From Candidatus Poribacteria bacterium (GTDB lineage: Bacteria > Poribacteria > WGA-4E > WGA-3G), in assembly GCA_965242965.1 (NCBI GenBank), contig OZ251518.1, positions 2,400,001 through 2,464,000 of the forward strand: a stretch of 64,000 bases of DNA, given 5' to 3'. Below the pieces are notes generated by a model. It had not been told where the DNA came from, searched no databases, and saw nothing but the letters and a program-made list of their open reading frames with translations. Of the stretch, positions 1 through 9,977 are shown piece by piece. Each line of letters starts with the position of its first letter. The stretch's first letter is position 1. The position numbers were made by a program, and so were the translations under genes.

Positions 1-1
1 G

Positions 2-2476
2 CCTTACTTTGTAGACTTTGAATATGTCCCCGAAGGCATTTGGGTGAGGGGCACCAAATATCCCATCACTCGCATGGAATGGGCGAACGGGCTCCCGCTG
101 CGCGCTTTCATTACGCAGAATCTGCAGGAAACCGACGTGTTCAGAACCGTTGCAACCGAATTTCAAAAAATGGTCGCAGCTCTCCATGTTCACGACATCT
201 CGCACGGTGACCTGCAGGATGGCAACATTCTGCTCAACCGAAACGGGACTCAGGTTGACATCAAGTTGATAGACTACGACAGCGTTTTCGTCCCCGCGCT
301 CCGTGGTTCTCCCGATAGCGGCATCGTCGGCCTTCCGGAATATCAACATCCGCGAAGAATCGCAGGCGGCGGACAAACCGGCGAAAAGGTGGACTATTTT
401 TCGGAACTCGTCATCTATCTCTCCTTCCTAAGTCTCGCGGAAAAACCAGAGCTCTGGAATCAGTTTAAGGATAGCACTGGAGACGGCCTCCTCTTTTCAG
501 CCGATGACTTTAAAAATCCCGACACCTCTGGCGTTTTCAGCGAACTTGGAAAGTTGTCGCCCGAGGTGCAGACACTCGCTGCAACGCTGAAGGATTTTTG
601 TGCAGAAACAGCCATCGAACGGCTGGCACCGTTAGAGGATGTCTTGCCAGAACCACCGCATGAGAAATGTTATGAACAGGGAACGACTTACCTGCAGAAG
701 GGACAATACTACGAGGCAGCTGACGAGTTCAGCAAGGCAATCTCCCTCAAACCCGATTTTAAGGAGGCCTATCACGCCCTGGGGTTCACTTACATGATGA
801 TAGGGAAATTGGATGAGGCGAAAGAGGAAGCCGAAAACGCACTTGCAATTGATTCAGACTATGAACCTGCGCTCGGACTTTTGGACGCTATTCAACCTCG
901 CCTTGTAACCGTTGATAAAATTCGCACCCTTCGCCGCCAAAACGAAGAGTTGCAAACTCAAATTGACGCACTCCACGCCGAAAATCAGGCGTTGCAAACT
1001 CAGAAGATGGATTTGGGAAAGCAACTGAACGACGCGCGGCAAGACTGGCAAACTGAAACATCGGATATTCGCGGCGAAAAACAGGTGTTGCAGAACGAGA
1101 TTGCTGAACTTCGCACCCAAAACCAAGGGTTGCAAACGGAGAAGGCGGATTTAGGAAAGCAACTGGACGGTGCGCGACAACATTTGGGGACAGAGACTGC
1201 TGAACTTTCCAGAGTTCGCAGCGGAAACCAAAAATTGCAAACCGAGGTCGCCGGACTTCGCAACGAAAACCAAGGGTTGCATGCCGAAACTGCTGAGTTT
1301 CAGACTCAAAACAGCGCGTTGCAGGAAGAAAAAACGGCTTTACAGCAGCAATTGGCCAGAGCGTTCCGACGTTGGATAACCGTTATTGGGGTATTAAGCG
1401 TGATTTGCGTTGCTTGTCTCATCGCGTTCTTCGTCCAATTCAACACCAAGGATGAAGCAGACTCCCAGGTTGGGTTGTTGCAGCAGGAATTGGATGAGAA
1501 GGATACCGAAATCCGCGGACTGGAATCTGCCTTGCAGGAATCGGCGCAAAGGGAAGAACAACTTCGCGGCCAAAACCAGAAGTTGAAAAATCAGAACGCG
1601 GCGTTGCTGAAGGAACTTGACATGGAGCGACAACAAAACCGGACATTGAGGAATCGAATTGCTGCGTTGCAGAAGGAACTTGACGAGCTGCGACCGGCTA
1701 ACGGGACTCCACCGCCATCAAATTCCGTTGATGCCAACATGGCACTGATTCCTGCGGGCCGGTTTCAGATGGGAAGCAAGAATGGTGAATTTGACGAAAA
1801 GCCGGTGCATACCGTCTACGTTGATGCATTTTATATTGACAAATATGAAGTGACAAACGCGCAATATAAGCAATTCGTTGATGCCAATCCTCAATGGAGG
1901 AAGAACCGCATTCCTCGCGCATATCATAACGGCAGTTACCTCAGCGATTGGAATCTGAATGATTATCCCGTCGGAAAAGGCGAGCATCCTGTCACCTATG
2001 TGAGTTGGTATGCAGCGATGGCTTACGCGCAATGGGCTGGCAAACGGCTTCCGACAGAAGCAGAATGGGAGAAAGCGGCGCGCGGTGGAGAGGTTGGACA
2101 GAGATACCCCTGGGGGAACTCTATTGATTCCGGCAAAGCAAACTACGGAACGAATAGTGGTGGGACCACCCGCGTAGGAAACTATCCTGCGAACAACTAT
2201 GGTTTATACGACATGACGGGTAACGTGAGGGAGTGGTGCCTTGATGCCTATCAGGGAGGATTCTATAAAAGTTCGCATCGGCGAAATCCGCTCGCCGGCG
2301 GCACGCTGACCGAGGTTGTGGAGAATTTCGCCAACCTGAAAGGTTCCCGCGTGTTGCGTGGGGGCTCATGGAGTAGTCCAGCCAGGGGGATGCGTGTCGC
2401 CGACCGCCTCGGGTATATGCCAACATACGCGTATCCATACGTCGGTTTCCGATGTGCGAAATCTGTAACCCGCTAA
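2..2476 (+). CDS. 5'-truncated multidomain protein: protein-kinase-like domain + TPR + coiled coil + TM + coiled coil + C-terminal FGE-sulfatase (SUMF1) domain
   Basis: The frame is open from base 2, so the start lies upstream of the window. Motifs: kinase HGDLQDGN and LIDYD; TPR-like YYEAADEFSKAISLKPDFKEAY; hydrophobic WITVIGVLSVICVACLIAFFV; FGE motifs RLPTEAEWEKAARGG, NNYGLYDMTGNVREW, RVLRGGSW, GFRCA. Confidence 0.85.
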   Translation, partial: PYFVDFEYVPEGIWVRGTKYPITRMEWANGLPLRAFITQNLQETDVFRTVATEFQKMVAALHVHDISHGDLQDGNILLNRNGTQVDIKLIDYDSVFVPALRGSPDSGIVGLPEYQHPRRIAGGGQTGEKVDYFSELVIYLSFLSLAEKPELWNQFKDSTGDGLLFSADDFKNPDTSGVFSELGKLSPEVQTLAATLKDFCAETAIERLAPLEDVLPEPPHEKCYEQGTTYLQKGQYYEAADEFSKAISLKPDFKEAYHALGFTYMMIGKLDEAKEEAENALAIDSDYEPALGLLDAIQPRLVTVDKIRTLRRQNEELQTQIDALHAENQALQTQKMDLGKQLNDARQDWQTETSDIRGEKQVLQNEIAELRTQNQGLQTEKADLGKQLDGARQHLGTETAELSRVRSGNQKLQTEVAGLRNENQGLHAETAEFQTQNSALQEEKTALQQQLARAFRRWITVIGVLSVICVACLIAFFVQFNTKDEADSQVGLLQQELDEKDTEIRGLESALQESAQREEQLRGQNQKLKNQNAALLKELDMERQQNRTLRNRIAALQKELDELRPANGTPPPSNSVDANMALIPAGRFQMGSKNGEFDEKPVHTVYVDAFYIDKYEVTNAQYKQFVDANPQWRKNRIPRAYHNGSYLSDWNLNDYPVGKGEHPVTYVSWYAAMAYAQWAGKRLPTEAEWEKAARGGEVGQRYPWGNSIDSGKANYGTNSGGTTRVGNYPANNYGLYDMTGNVREWCLDAYQGGFYKSSHRRNPLAGGTLTEVVENFANLKGSRVLRGGSWSSPARGMRVADRLGYMPTYAYPYVGFRCAKSVTR

Positions 2477-2494
2477 CTCTTTACCGTTTTCTGT

Positions 2495-2524
2495 TTGCAA
2501 TCCGTTGCAAATATGTGGTATAAT
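2495..2524 (+). promoter_or_regulatory. sigma70-type promoter of the ATPase-nuclease cluster
   Basis: TTGCAA-N18-TATAAT with TG upstream of the -10, ~50 nt before ATG 2575. Confidence 0.55.
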
Positions 2525-2574
2525 ATCCTCATGTTACATAAGAAGCAGTCTCCTGACGAATAGGGAAAATTATC

Positions 2575-4059
2575 ATGCAAAACGCCAAAGACGCGGGCGG
2601 CACGGTTCGCCTGAAACCCCCAGATGTCCAAATTTCTGTGCAGAATTTTGGGCCGATAACGCATGCGGACATCGATCTGCGTCCGCTGACGGTGTTTGTC
2701 GGGGAGAGCAATACCGGCAAGACTTACCTCGCCGCGCTGATTTATGCCCTGCATCAGCATTTTGAGGGATTTTCACGGTTCCCTCGGGCGTATCTGAATT
2801 TTGCTGACTTAGACTTTCGTTATCGCTATCCTTTGCGACATCACAATCCGGAAATGCAGTCCGAGTTAGACGAAGAGATGCGAGATATCCTTGAAAAGTT
2901 AAACGCGCCTGGGAGGCCGTTCAAGGTATCAGATTTACCACGGCAGTTAAGTGCTGTGTTGCAACGTAGCATTGAAGATGCTGAAAGTCTTGAAGACCAG
3001 GTTAAGCGATACTTCGATCTGGAGTCTGTCGCGGAACTAATCAGGTCTACGAGCGATTTCCCGCACAATGAAATGGCGATTACGTTGGAAGTTCGTGAGG
3101 ACAAGCAGACATGTTGGACCTGTAACATGCGTAACGGTAAGTATGGTACCGCGATAACGGGAGGTGTTGGCAAAAACCTGGTCCTTCTCTCCGCGCAAGA
3201 ATTAGCAGGTCAAGAAATACTAGATTTCGGAGAATTTGCGAGACTTCTGCCTGTTTCTAGGTGGGAAGCGGATGCGTACTATTTGCCTGCCGCGCGGAGC
3301 GGCATCATGCAAAGTCACCGCGTGATTGCGAGATCGCTTGTGAAGAGCGCAACTCGTGTCGGCGTAGACAGGTTTCGCGAGATACCGACGTTTTCGGGGA
3401 TGATAGCGGATTTCCTTGAGGAGATTATCGGCTACGAAGACCGGAATGGTGATTGGGACGAAATGACAAGCATCGCGAACCTGCTAGAGATGGAAGTGTT
3501 ACGGGGGAAGATTGAGGTTAAACATGCAGTGGCAGAGGGATATCCGGAATTCCTCTACCGTCCCAAGGATACAGCGCGCCCACTGCGTATGAGTCAATCG
3601 TCCTCAATGGTATCGGAACTTGCGCCGTTGGTGCTGTTTTTGCGCGGTATCGTTCGTCCGGGCGATTTGCTCATTATTGAAGAGCCTGAATCCCACTTGC
3701 ATCCCGGTGCACAAACCGCGATTGCCCTGACCCTTGCGCGTTTGGTTCGAGCAGGGGTGCGGGTGGTTGTGACGACACACAGTAGTTGGTTTCTCCAGCA
3801 AATTGCGAATCTCATTCGCGAAGGGGAAGTAAATAGGCTGGCAAACGGTATGCCAGCATCGGCGGACTGGTTCTGGAAAGAAGATGTTGGTGCATGGTGG
3901 TTCCACCGTGACAAACCAGTAACGGAAATTCCGTTTGACCTGATTGACGGGATAGAGCCGCGGGATTTCGGGGACGTTGCCGAAATACTCTACAATCGTT
4001 CGGTAACCCTCCAAGAGAAGCTCGTGAATAGGACAGGAGAACGACGTGAAATTGAATGA
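2575..4059 (+). CDS. ABC/AAA-family ATPase (AAA_15/AAA_21-like), copy 1
   Basis: NFGPI, Walker A GESNTGKT, signature-like SSSM, Walker B LLIIEEPESHLHP, H-loop TTHS. Confidence 0.85.
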   Translation: MQNAKDAGGTVRLKPPDVQISVQNFGPITHADIDLRPLTVFVGESNTGKTYLAALIYALHQHFEGFSRFPRAYLNFADLDFRYRYPLRHHNPEMQSELDEEMRDILEKLNAPGRPFKVSDLPRQLSAVLQRSIEDAESLEDQVKRYFDLESVAELIRSTSDFPHNEMAITLEVREDKQTCWTCNMRNGKYGTAITGGVGKNLVLLSAQELAGQEILDFGEFARLLPVSRWEADAYYLPAARSGIMQSHRVIARSLVKSATRVGVDRFREIPTFSGMIADFLEEIIGYEDRNGDWDEMTSIANLLEMEVLRGKIEVKHAVAEGYPEFLYRPKDTARPLRMSQSSSMVSELAPLVLFLRGIVRPGDLLIIEEPESHLHPGAQTAIALTLARLVRAGVRVVVTTHSSWFLQQIANLIREGEVNRLANGMPASADWFWKEDVGAWWFHRDKPVTEIPFDLIDGIEPRDFGDVAEILYNRSVTLQEKLVNRTGERREIE

Positions 4060-4609
4060 CGTTCTTTCGGAAATCCGAACACGAGTGGATAAAGACAGCC
4101 TGACAGACTCCTGCAGCGGTGAGGGATGTGACGTGGATATGACGGACATACCCGATGAGCGCGTGATAATCCTCGTGGAACATGAGTTTGAGTTGCGCGA
4201 AATGGAGGGTAGACGCTGCGACCGGCTCCTTTTCTTCACTGTTGACAACATCCTCTTCATCGTCCCAATTGAACTCAAAAGTGGGAACATTAGGGCATCA
4301 AGAGGAACCAGGCAGTTGCTTGGTGGTGTAAAACTCGCAAATCATTTAGTTCCAGAGGCGAACGATTTTGAAACCATTTGCCTCCCGGTATTGTTCAGTG
4401 GCAATGTCATTCATCCTGAACAGCACAAAAGGCTCAATCAACGTAGCGGAACTTTCCGAAACCAGTTTTTCAAGGTTAGAACAGCGCGATGCGGTAAGGA
4501 GCGGAGTTTAGCGGATGCTCTGTTCGGCGCGATCCCGAAAACCCCGCAGGAAGTGTTGGAAGAGCGCACGCGTATAAGGGATGTCGTATTGGGTGGACTT
4601 TCTAACTAA
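4046..4609 (+). CDS. small partner protein, putative PD-(D/E)xK nuclease
   Basis: Overlaps the ATPase stop; RCDRLLF...PIELKSG motif. Confidence 0.6.
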   Translation: MKLNDVLSEIRTRVDKDSLTDSCSGEGCDVDMTDIPDERVIILVEHEFELREMEGRRCDRLLFFTVDNILFIVPIELKSGNIRASRGTRQLLGGVKLANHLVPEANDFETICLPVLFSGNVIHPEQHKRLNQRSGTFRNQFFKVRTARCGKERSLADALFGAIPKTPQEVLEERTRIRDVVLGGLSN

Positions 4610-4653
4610 TCAAGGTTCCATTGTGGAATTGAGACGAAAACGGAGAGATTATC

Positions 4654-5853
4654 ATGCAAAACACCAAAAAAACAACGCCCCCGAATATCCACCTCGCGGT
4701 GAAGAATTTTGGGCCGATAGGGAGTGCGGACATCGCGCTGCGTCCACTGACGGTGTTTGTCGGGGAGAGCAATACCGGCAAGACTTACCTCGCCGCGCTG
4801 ATTTATGCCCTGCATCGCACCTTTCAGGTGCCAATGAAACATGGAGACATCGCAGGTGCAAAGTCTAACTTCGGGGATGCGGCGGCGTTTGAAGCCGAAC
4901 TCAAACGGTGTTTTGACATTGACGCTGTCTCGGCGTTAATCCGCGTGACTGACAAGGCTGCCTGCGATGAAATGCAGGTGAGACTCGCGGTCTGCGCGGA
5001 TAATCAGACTCGATGCGTCTTTCAGTTGCGCGCCACCAAACGCGGTATCGCTGTAGAGCACTCTATCGATCTGCCGCCGCGGTCAGAGTTGAAAGAGGCT
5101 GCGTCACTTAACGAACGGAGCCGTGCTTATTTCTTGCCAGCGGGCCGCCGTGGGCTGCTGCAGGCGCATGAGACAGGGGCCGCTGCTGTCAAGACAAACG
5201 GGTTTTCTACCGATTTCCTGCAGCAACTCATCGGTAACCACGAGATAGATAACGGGGGTTCTGCCAAACTGCGCGGCGTTGCCGACTTCCTAAGGGATGA
5301 GGTGCTGCGTGGGGAGATAGAAATGGAGCCGTCGGTGCCGGCAGGCTCTCCTGCATTTTTCTACCGTCCGCAGAAAACCTCGCGCGTGCTGCGGTTAAGT
5401 CACTCGTCATCGCAAGTCTCTGCACTTGCGCCGTTAGCGTTGTTTGTTCGGGCGGTGCTGCGTCCGGGGGATTTGCTCATTATTGAGGAGCCTGAGTCTC
5501 ACTTGCATCCAGGTGCACAAACCGCGATTGCCCTGACCCTGGCGCGTTTGGTTCGAGCGGGGGTGCGGGTGATTGTCACGACACATAGCGATTGGTTTCT
5601 CCAGCAACTCGGCAATCTCATTCTTGAGGGAGAATTAGAGAAACTGGGTGAACCTTACAGCCAGCACGGAGAGTGGTTGCAGCGTGAAGATATTGGCGCA
5701 TGGCTGTTCCAAGAACACGGGACGGTGGAAGAAATTCCGTTTGACATCGTTGGCGGCATAGAGCCTCTGGAATATGGTGTCATTGCCGAGGAACTCTACA
5801 ACCATACGGTGAACCTCCGTAGCCGATACAGAAATGCCACCGGTGAGGAATAG
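4654..5853 (+). CDS. ABC/AAA-family ATPase, copy 2
   Basis: Same Walker A/B and TTHS motifs; near-identical DNA blocks shared with copy 1. Confidence 0.85.
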   Translation: MQNTKKTTPPNIHLAVKNFGPIGSADIALRPLTVFVGESNTGKTYLAALIYALHRTFQVPMKHGDIAGAKSNFGDAAAFEAELKRCFDIDAVSALIRVTDKAACDEMQVRLAVCADNQTRCVFQLRATKRGIAVEHSIDLPPRSELKEAASLNERSRAYFLPAGRRGLLQAHETGAAAVKTNGFSTDFLQQLIGNHEIDNGGSAKLRGVADFLRDEVLRGEIEMEPSVPAGSPAFFYRPQKTSRVLRLSHSSSQVSALAPLALFVRAVLRPGDLLIIEEPESHLHPGAQTAIALTLARLVRAGVRVIVTTHSDWFLQQLGNLILEGELEKLGEPYSQHGEWLQREDIGAWLFQEHGTVEEIPFDIVGGIEPLEYGVIAEELYNHTVNLRSRYRNATGEE

Positions 5854-5859
5854 CGGAAC

Positions 5860-6378
5860 ATGCGTCAGACGAACACGAATGAGGTTCTTCAGCACATCCG
5901 GAGCCGGATAGGCGAAGAAAACCTTATTCAGAGAAATGCGTTCAACAAAGATGGATGTCGGGTGGATTTAACCGGCATCCAACAAGACAGAGTTGTCGTG
6001 GATATGGACAAAGTATTCCCCAGTGGACGAGATAGAGTGAAACTGTGTGATTGTGTCCTCTTCTACTTTGATTCTGACGCAAACTTCGTCACGGTTCCAA
6101 TAGAATGCACAACCGAGAAGAAGGTTGACGTATCAAAGGAATCCGAACAGTTGAAAGCCGGGGCAACCTACGCTGCTGAATTTGCCCCACCAAATGCTAA
6201 AAACTGCATCCCGATTCTTGTCTACAGTGGTGGGCTTCACAAAGTAGAAGTTGATGAACTCAGCAGACGGCGTTCCAAGGTCGGCTTCCGTGGGGGAGCC
6301 CCTGCCGATATTAGAACGACGAAATGTGGAATCCGCAGGAACATAACGACTGTGTTGTCCAAGGCAGGTAGCCTCTAA
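5860..6378 (+). CDS. small partner protein, paralog of 4046..4609
   Basis: GCRVDLT, LCDCVLFYF...VPIECT; same position relative to its ATPase. Confidence 0.6.
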   Translation: MRQTNTNEVLQHIRSRIGEENLIQRNAFNKDGCRVDLTGIQQDRVVVDMDKVFPSGRDRVKLCDCVLFYFDSDANFVTVPIECTTEKKVDVSKESEQLKAGATYAAEFAPPNAKNCIPILVYSGGLHKVEVDELSRRRSKVGFRGGAPADIRTTKCGIRRNITTVLSKAGSL

Positions 6379-6430
6379 CCTCTTTCATCTTCGGGTATTG
6401 GCTTCGCTGATGTCCTTGAAACACGTGGTT

Positions 6431-6516
6431 GATTTATGCCCTGCATCGCATTTTTCTACTTTGCCACCGCCTTCGTCACAGTCCCTATGGCGCTCAAAAG
6501 TGGTAGGGTCGCTGAA
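6431..6516 (+). pseudogene. relic of a third ATPase/partner pair
   Basis: 6431-6450 is identical to 4800-4819 (ATPase). 6454 onward translates FYFATAFVTVPMALKSGRVAE, matching the partner core. Confidence 0.7.
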
Positions 6517-6548
6517 ACAAGCCAAAGTGTTGCCTATATCAGATAAGT

Positions 6549-7072
6549 GAGGGTGTTTCATAAATCCGTTGGCGCGCCCTCCCGGTCTCGATGCAATAGG
6601 CAGAAAGCTCCTCCTTCATCGTAGGGCGAGGGCCTGTCCCTCCCCATCGTTCGCGCTACGGAAAAAACGTCTCTTCAGGTCCTTTAGGACCTGAATGTCT
6701 ATAGTCACGTGAGGCTGCGAAGAACGCTAAGGTCCTTTAGGTCCTTAATAGGTTTTGCCATGTCCGCGTGTGTTTTATTAAGGACCTAAAGGACCTTGAC
6801 GTGGGAGCGGCACGTGTTGCTATAGACATGTAGGTCCTAAAGGACCTAAGACGGCATCTTGACGATGGCCAACGCGGGGGACAGGCCCCCGCGCTACGGG
6901 AACATCAAGACCAGAGGGCTCGCCTACCGGATGCATCGAGACTGGTAGGAGGGACATCCTTGCCCCGATAGGCGCATCAACAAAACGCATCGAGACCAGG
7001 AGGTCTCTCCTACGGGAAAATCGCTCGCATCGAGACAGCGCGGGAGTGCCAACGGATTTAGGAAACCCCTTC
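6549..7072. mobile_element. MITE-like element enclosing a REP mosaic
   Basis: TIR GAGGGTGTTTCATAAATCCGTTGGC / GCCAACGGATTTAGGAAACCCCTTC; flanked by direct repeat AGATAAGT at 6541-6548 and 7073-7080. Confidence 0.8.
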
Positions 7073-7136
7073 AGATAAGTGACGCTCAGTTTCGTAAAGA
7101 ACGCAAAATCAAAACAAAAAAGGAGCAATCCCTTTC

Positions 7137-8126
7137 ATGGCATACCTCAGATGGGGAATAATCGGATGCGGCGATGTCGCCGAGCATAAAGGCGGGCCGC
7201 CGCTTTATACCGTTCATGATTCTGAACTCATCGCGGTGATGCGGCGCGACCGGAAGAAAGCCGAAGCGTTCGCCGCCAGACACGGCGCGAAATGGGCTTA
7301 CGCCGACGTAGACGCACTACTCGCTGACGACGAACTAAACGCTGTTTACATCGCTACGCCGCCGCACCTGCACTGCGAACAGACTCTCCGCGCGGCGCAA
7401 GCCGGCAAGCACATCCTTTGCGAAAAACCAATGGCGATGAACGTTGAAGAATGCCAGCGCATGGTGCAAGCGTGTTGGGACGCGGGCGTTACTTTGATGA
7501 TTGCCTATTATCGCAATTTCTATCCAAACATCGTGAAAATGAAGGCGTTGATAAAAGAGGGGGCTATCGGTGAAGTTGTCCTCGCTCGGGTCAACTGCAC
7601 CGGATTCTTCAACCCCAGTCGGCACGATTTTGCTAATTGGCGCGTGAACCCCGCAATCAGCGGCGGCGGAGTCCTCATGGACATCGGCAGCCACCGAATC
7701 TCGCTGCTTCAATATTTGATGGGCGATGTCGTCTCGGCGCGGGGACATGCGGAACCTGTCTACTTAGACGTTGATATTGACGACTCCGCCGTGTTTACGC
7801 TCCGTTTTGCGAGCGGCGCGCACGCTGTCGCGAACATCAATTGGAACATCGGCATCTCGGAAGACGCTGTCGAAATTTACGGCACGGAGGGATGCATCCG
7901 TTGTCCGCAACTGAATAACGGTAACGTGACGCTTGAGCAGGCGGGTAAAGTGTTTGAGATGCATGAACCGCCGTTGCGCTACACGCACACCGGACTAGTG
8001 GCGGATTTTGTCACACATCTCAAGACAGGCGCGCCTATCCGCTGCTCAGGCGAAGAAGGGTTGAAAACAAACGCTGTCATTGAGCAGATTTATGCCGAAG
8101 GCCCCTCCCGGAGGCGCGGTTTGTAA
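7137..8126 (+). CDS. Gfo/Idh/MocA family oxidoreductase
   Basis: WGIIGCG, CEKPMA, GGGVLMDIGSH. Confidence 0.9.
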   Translation: MAYLRWGIIGCGDVAEHKGGPPLYTVHDSELIAVMRRDRKKAEAFAARHGAKWAYADVDALLADDELNAVYIATPPHLHCEQTLRAAQAGKHILCEKPMAMNVEECQRMVQACWDAGVTLMIAYYRNFYPNIVKMKALIKEGAIGEVVLARVNCTGFFNPSRHDFANWRVNPAISGGGVLMDIGSHRISLLQYLMGDVVSARGHAEPVYLDVDIDDSAVFTLRFASGAHAVANINWNIGISEDAVEIYGTEGCIRCPQLNNGNVTLEQAGKVFEMHEPPLRYTHTGLVADFVTHLKTGAPIRCSGEEGLKTNAVIEQIYAEGPSRRRGL

Positions 8127-8197
8127 TCCTAACCCTGATACGGAGCGGTATCTCCTTGATTTATCGGACAGATACCCATCGGCGGATTTGGGATTAT

Positions 8198-9352
8198 TCA
8201 TTGCGCAAGCCGTTTGGATTCCAACGCTAACCACTCCCAATAACCGCGTGGCATCTCCACCGGCGGTGCCAATCCAGCTTCCTCGCGCCAGCGGAGGAGA
8301 GGATGCCGCCGGTCTGCCTGCGGCAGCGCAACGCGTTCGCCATAAGCAGCGGATTCAAAGATGCCCATCATTATCTCGATGACATGACGTGCTTCCTTGC
8401 CGCTGCACCCGTGCTCGCGCCCGGCATCCAATGCGTTGACATATTCTTCCACGAACCAATAATCGGCTTCGGACGCGCCGCTTTTGGCATCGTAGTGTTC
8501 GGGATAGATAAGCTCCAACGCTTCCCACCGGTCATGCGTTCCATCGGGGATATAGTGTGGATGCGGCAACCACCACGCGCCGCCGCTTTTCCAAAACAGC
8601 CGCCCTTCACTGCCATAAAGTTCCATAGCATACGCGCCGGTGTCCATCTTGTCAAAGCGATGCTGGAGCAGGGTGCCGGTGACATTGCCGGTATACTGCA
8701 TCGTCGCGGTGATGTATTCGCCGGCGATGGTGCCCATGCCGCTCGGCGATGGCACAACGTCTTCAGGCGCGATAGGCTTGCCGCCTGTCGTAAGGTGCGC
8801 GACAACGCTTTGGCATTGCCGCCCGAAATGCAACATGTTATTGAGGGTGTGCGTGCCGATGTTCATCAAGCCATACCCGCCGTAATAGCCTTTGCCGCTG
8901 CCGTAAATATAGCGGAGTTCGCCGATTTTACCAGCCTGAAAGGCGCGCGCAATCGCCTGCATCGACGCGCCGACTCTGCCTTGGTGATGCACGGCTACCT
9001 GCACGTCTTTCGCCTCCGCTTTGGCGATAACGGCATCCGCTTGCACCAAATCAATGCACATGGGTTTTTCCACCTCAATGTGGACTCCGTGTTCCAGCAC
9101 GCGCATGCACAAATCGTAATGGAACTCCGTCCCGGTGGGAATCGCGACGATGTCGGGGGCAGTCTCCCGAATCATCTTATCCAAATCGGTGAACAGCGCG
9201 GTGACGTTGACTTCGTCGCCCAACGTATCAAGGCGTTCTTGCACCACATCACAGAGGCTGACAATGTTGGTGCGGGGATGCGCGTGGTAGGCGCGAGCTG
9301 CCGCTGTGCCGCGGCCTCTGCATCCCAAAATGGCAATTCGATAGTTTTTCAT
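8198..9352 (-). CDS. Gfo/Idh/MocA family oxidoreductase
   Basis: IAILGCRGRG, VEKPMC, GLMNIGTH. Confidence 0.85.
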   Translation of the reverse strand: MKNYRIAILGCRGRGTAAARAYHAHPRTNIVSLCDVVQERLDTLGDEVNVTALFTDLDKMIRETAPDIVAIPTGTEFHYDLCMRVLEHGVHIEVEKPMCIDLVQADAVIAKAEAKDVQVAVHHQGRVGASMQAIARAFQAGKIGELRYIYGSGKGYYGGYGLMNIGTHTLNNMLHFGRQCQSVVAHLTTGGKPIAPEDVVPSPSGMGTIAGEYITATMQYTGNVTGTLLQHRFDKMDTGAYAMELYGSEGRLFWKSGGAWWLPHPHYIPDGTHDRWEALELIYPEHYDAKSGASEADYWFVEEYVNALDAGREHGCSGKEARHVIEIMMGIFESAAYGERVALPQADRRHPLLRWREEAGLAPPVEMPRGYWEWLALESKRLAQ

Positions 9353-9394
9353 GGGTTTCTCCTATTCTGCATGTCTATAGTAACCCCGAGATAA

Positions 9395-9553
9395 GAAACA
9401 CTAAGGTCTTTTAGGTTCTATAGGCAAATCCTTCCTGGCCCGTAGCGCGGGGGCCTGTCCCCCGCGATCGTTCGACCCGCGCGAAAAACGCACGCCGGCC
9501 AAGGCCGTTTTCCCGTTCTGATGGCATGGCGAGGGACAGGCCCTCGCCCTACA
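9395..9553. repeat. REP-like hairpin pair (REPIN-like)
   Basis: GTAGCGCGGGGGCCTGTCCCCCGCG and inverted GGCGAGGGACAGGCCCTCGCCCTAC. Confidence 0.8.
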
Positions 9554-9566
9554 GTGACGACGCTAT

Positions 9567-9638
9567 AATCTTGCTAATCTTGGAAATCCTGCAAATCCTG
9601 CTCAATCTTGGAAATCCTGCTCAATCTTGGAAATTCTG
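9567..9638. repeat. short degenerate ~9-bp tandem repeat (AATCYTGNA)
   Basis: aatcttgct aatcttgga aatcctgca aatcctgctc ...; same motif at 24111-24150, 63425-63545 and 63605-63670. Confidence 0.75.
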
Positions 9639-9722
9639 TTGCTTTAAAACCGATTTTGTGGTATCCTCATAGAAAAAGAGTCGCGACCGGGAGGTCGCGG
9701 CGATATGCAAAGGAGAACCCGA

Positions 9723-9977
9723 ATGAACGTTACAGTCAAATACTTCGCTGTCTGCCACGAGATGCTCGACAGAGCCGAGGAGGAAATGCACCTCCCCGAA
9801 GATGCTACCGTCAAAACGATTTTGGAACGGCTCGAGGAAGAATGGCCCGAAATCGCTGAGTTTTACGAGGTGATGCAAATGTCTGTCAACTGGGAATATG
9901 CCACCGAACATACCGAACTCGCCGATGGCGATGAAGTCGCGCTGATTCCACCAGTCACAGGGGGCAGCGATGTTTAA
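9723..9977 (+). CDS. moaD: molybdopterin synthase sulfur carrier subunit
   Basis: VKYFA...SVNWEY...LADGDEVALIPPVTGG; AGGAG RBS before ATG 9723; upstream of moaE. Confidence 0.9.
   Translation: MNVTVKYFAVCHEMLDRAEEEMHLPEDATVKTILERLEEEWPEIAEFYEVMQMSVNWEYATEHTELADGDEVALIPPVTGGSDV

Noticed and set aside
2340-2476. FGE C-terminus as a diversity-generating retroelement variable region
   Set aside because: No template repeat and no reverse transcriptase in the window; cannot be excluded genome-wide
8303-9394. 363-aa + strand ORF
   Set aside because: Antisense shadow of the Gfo/Idh/MocA gene with no motifs
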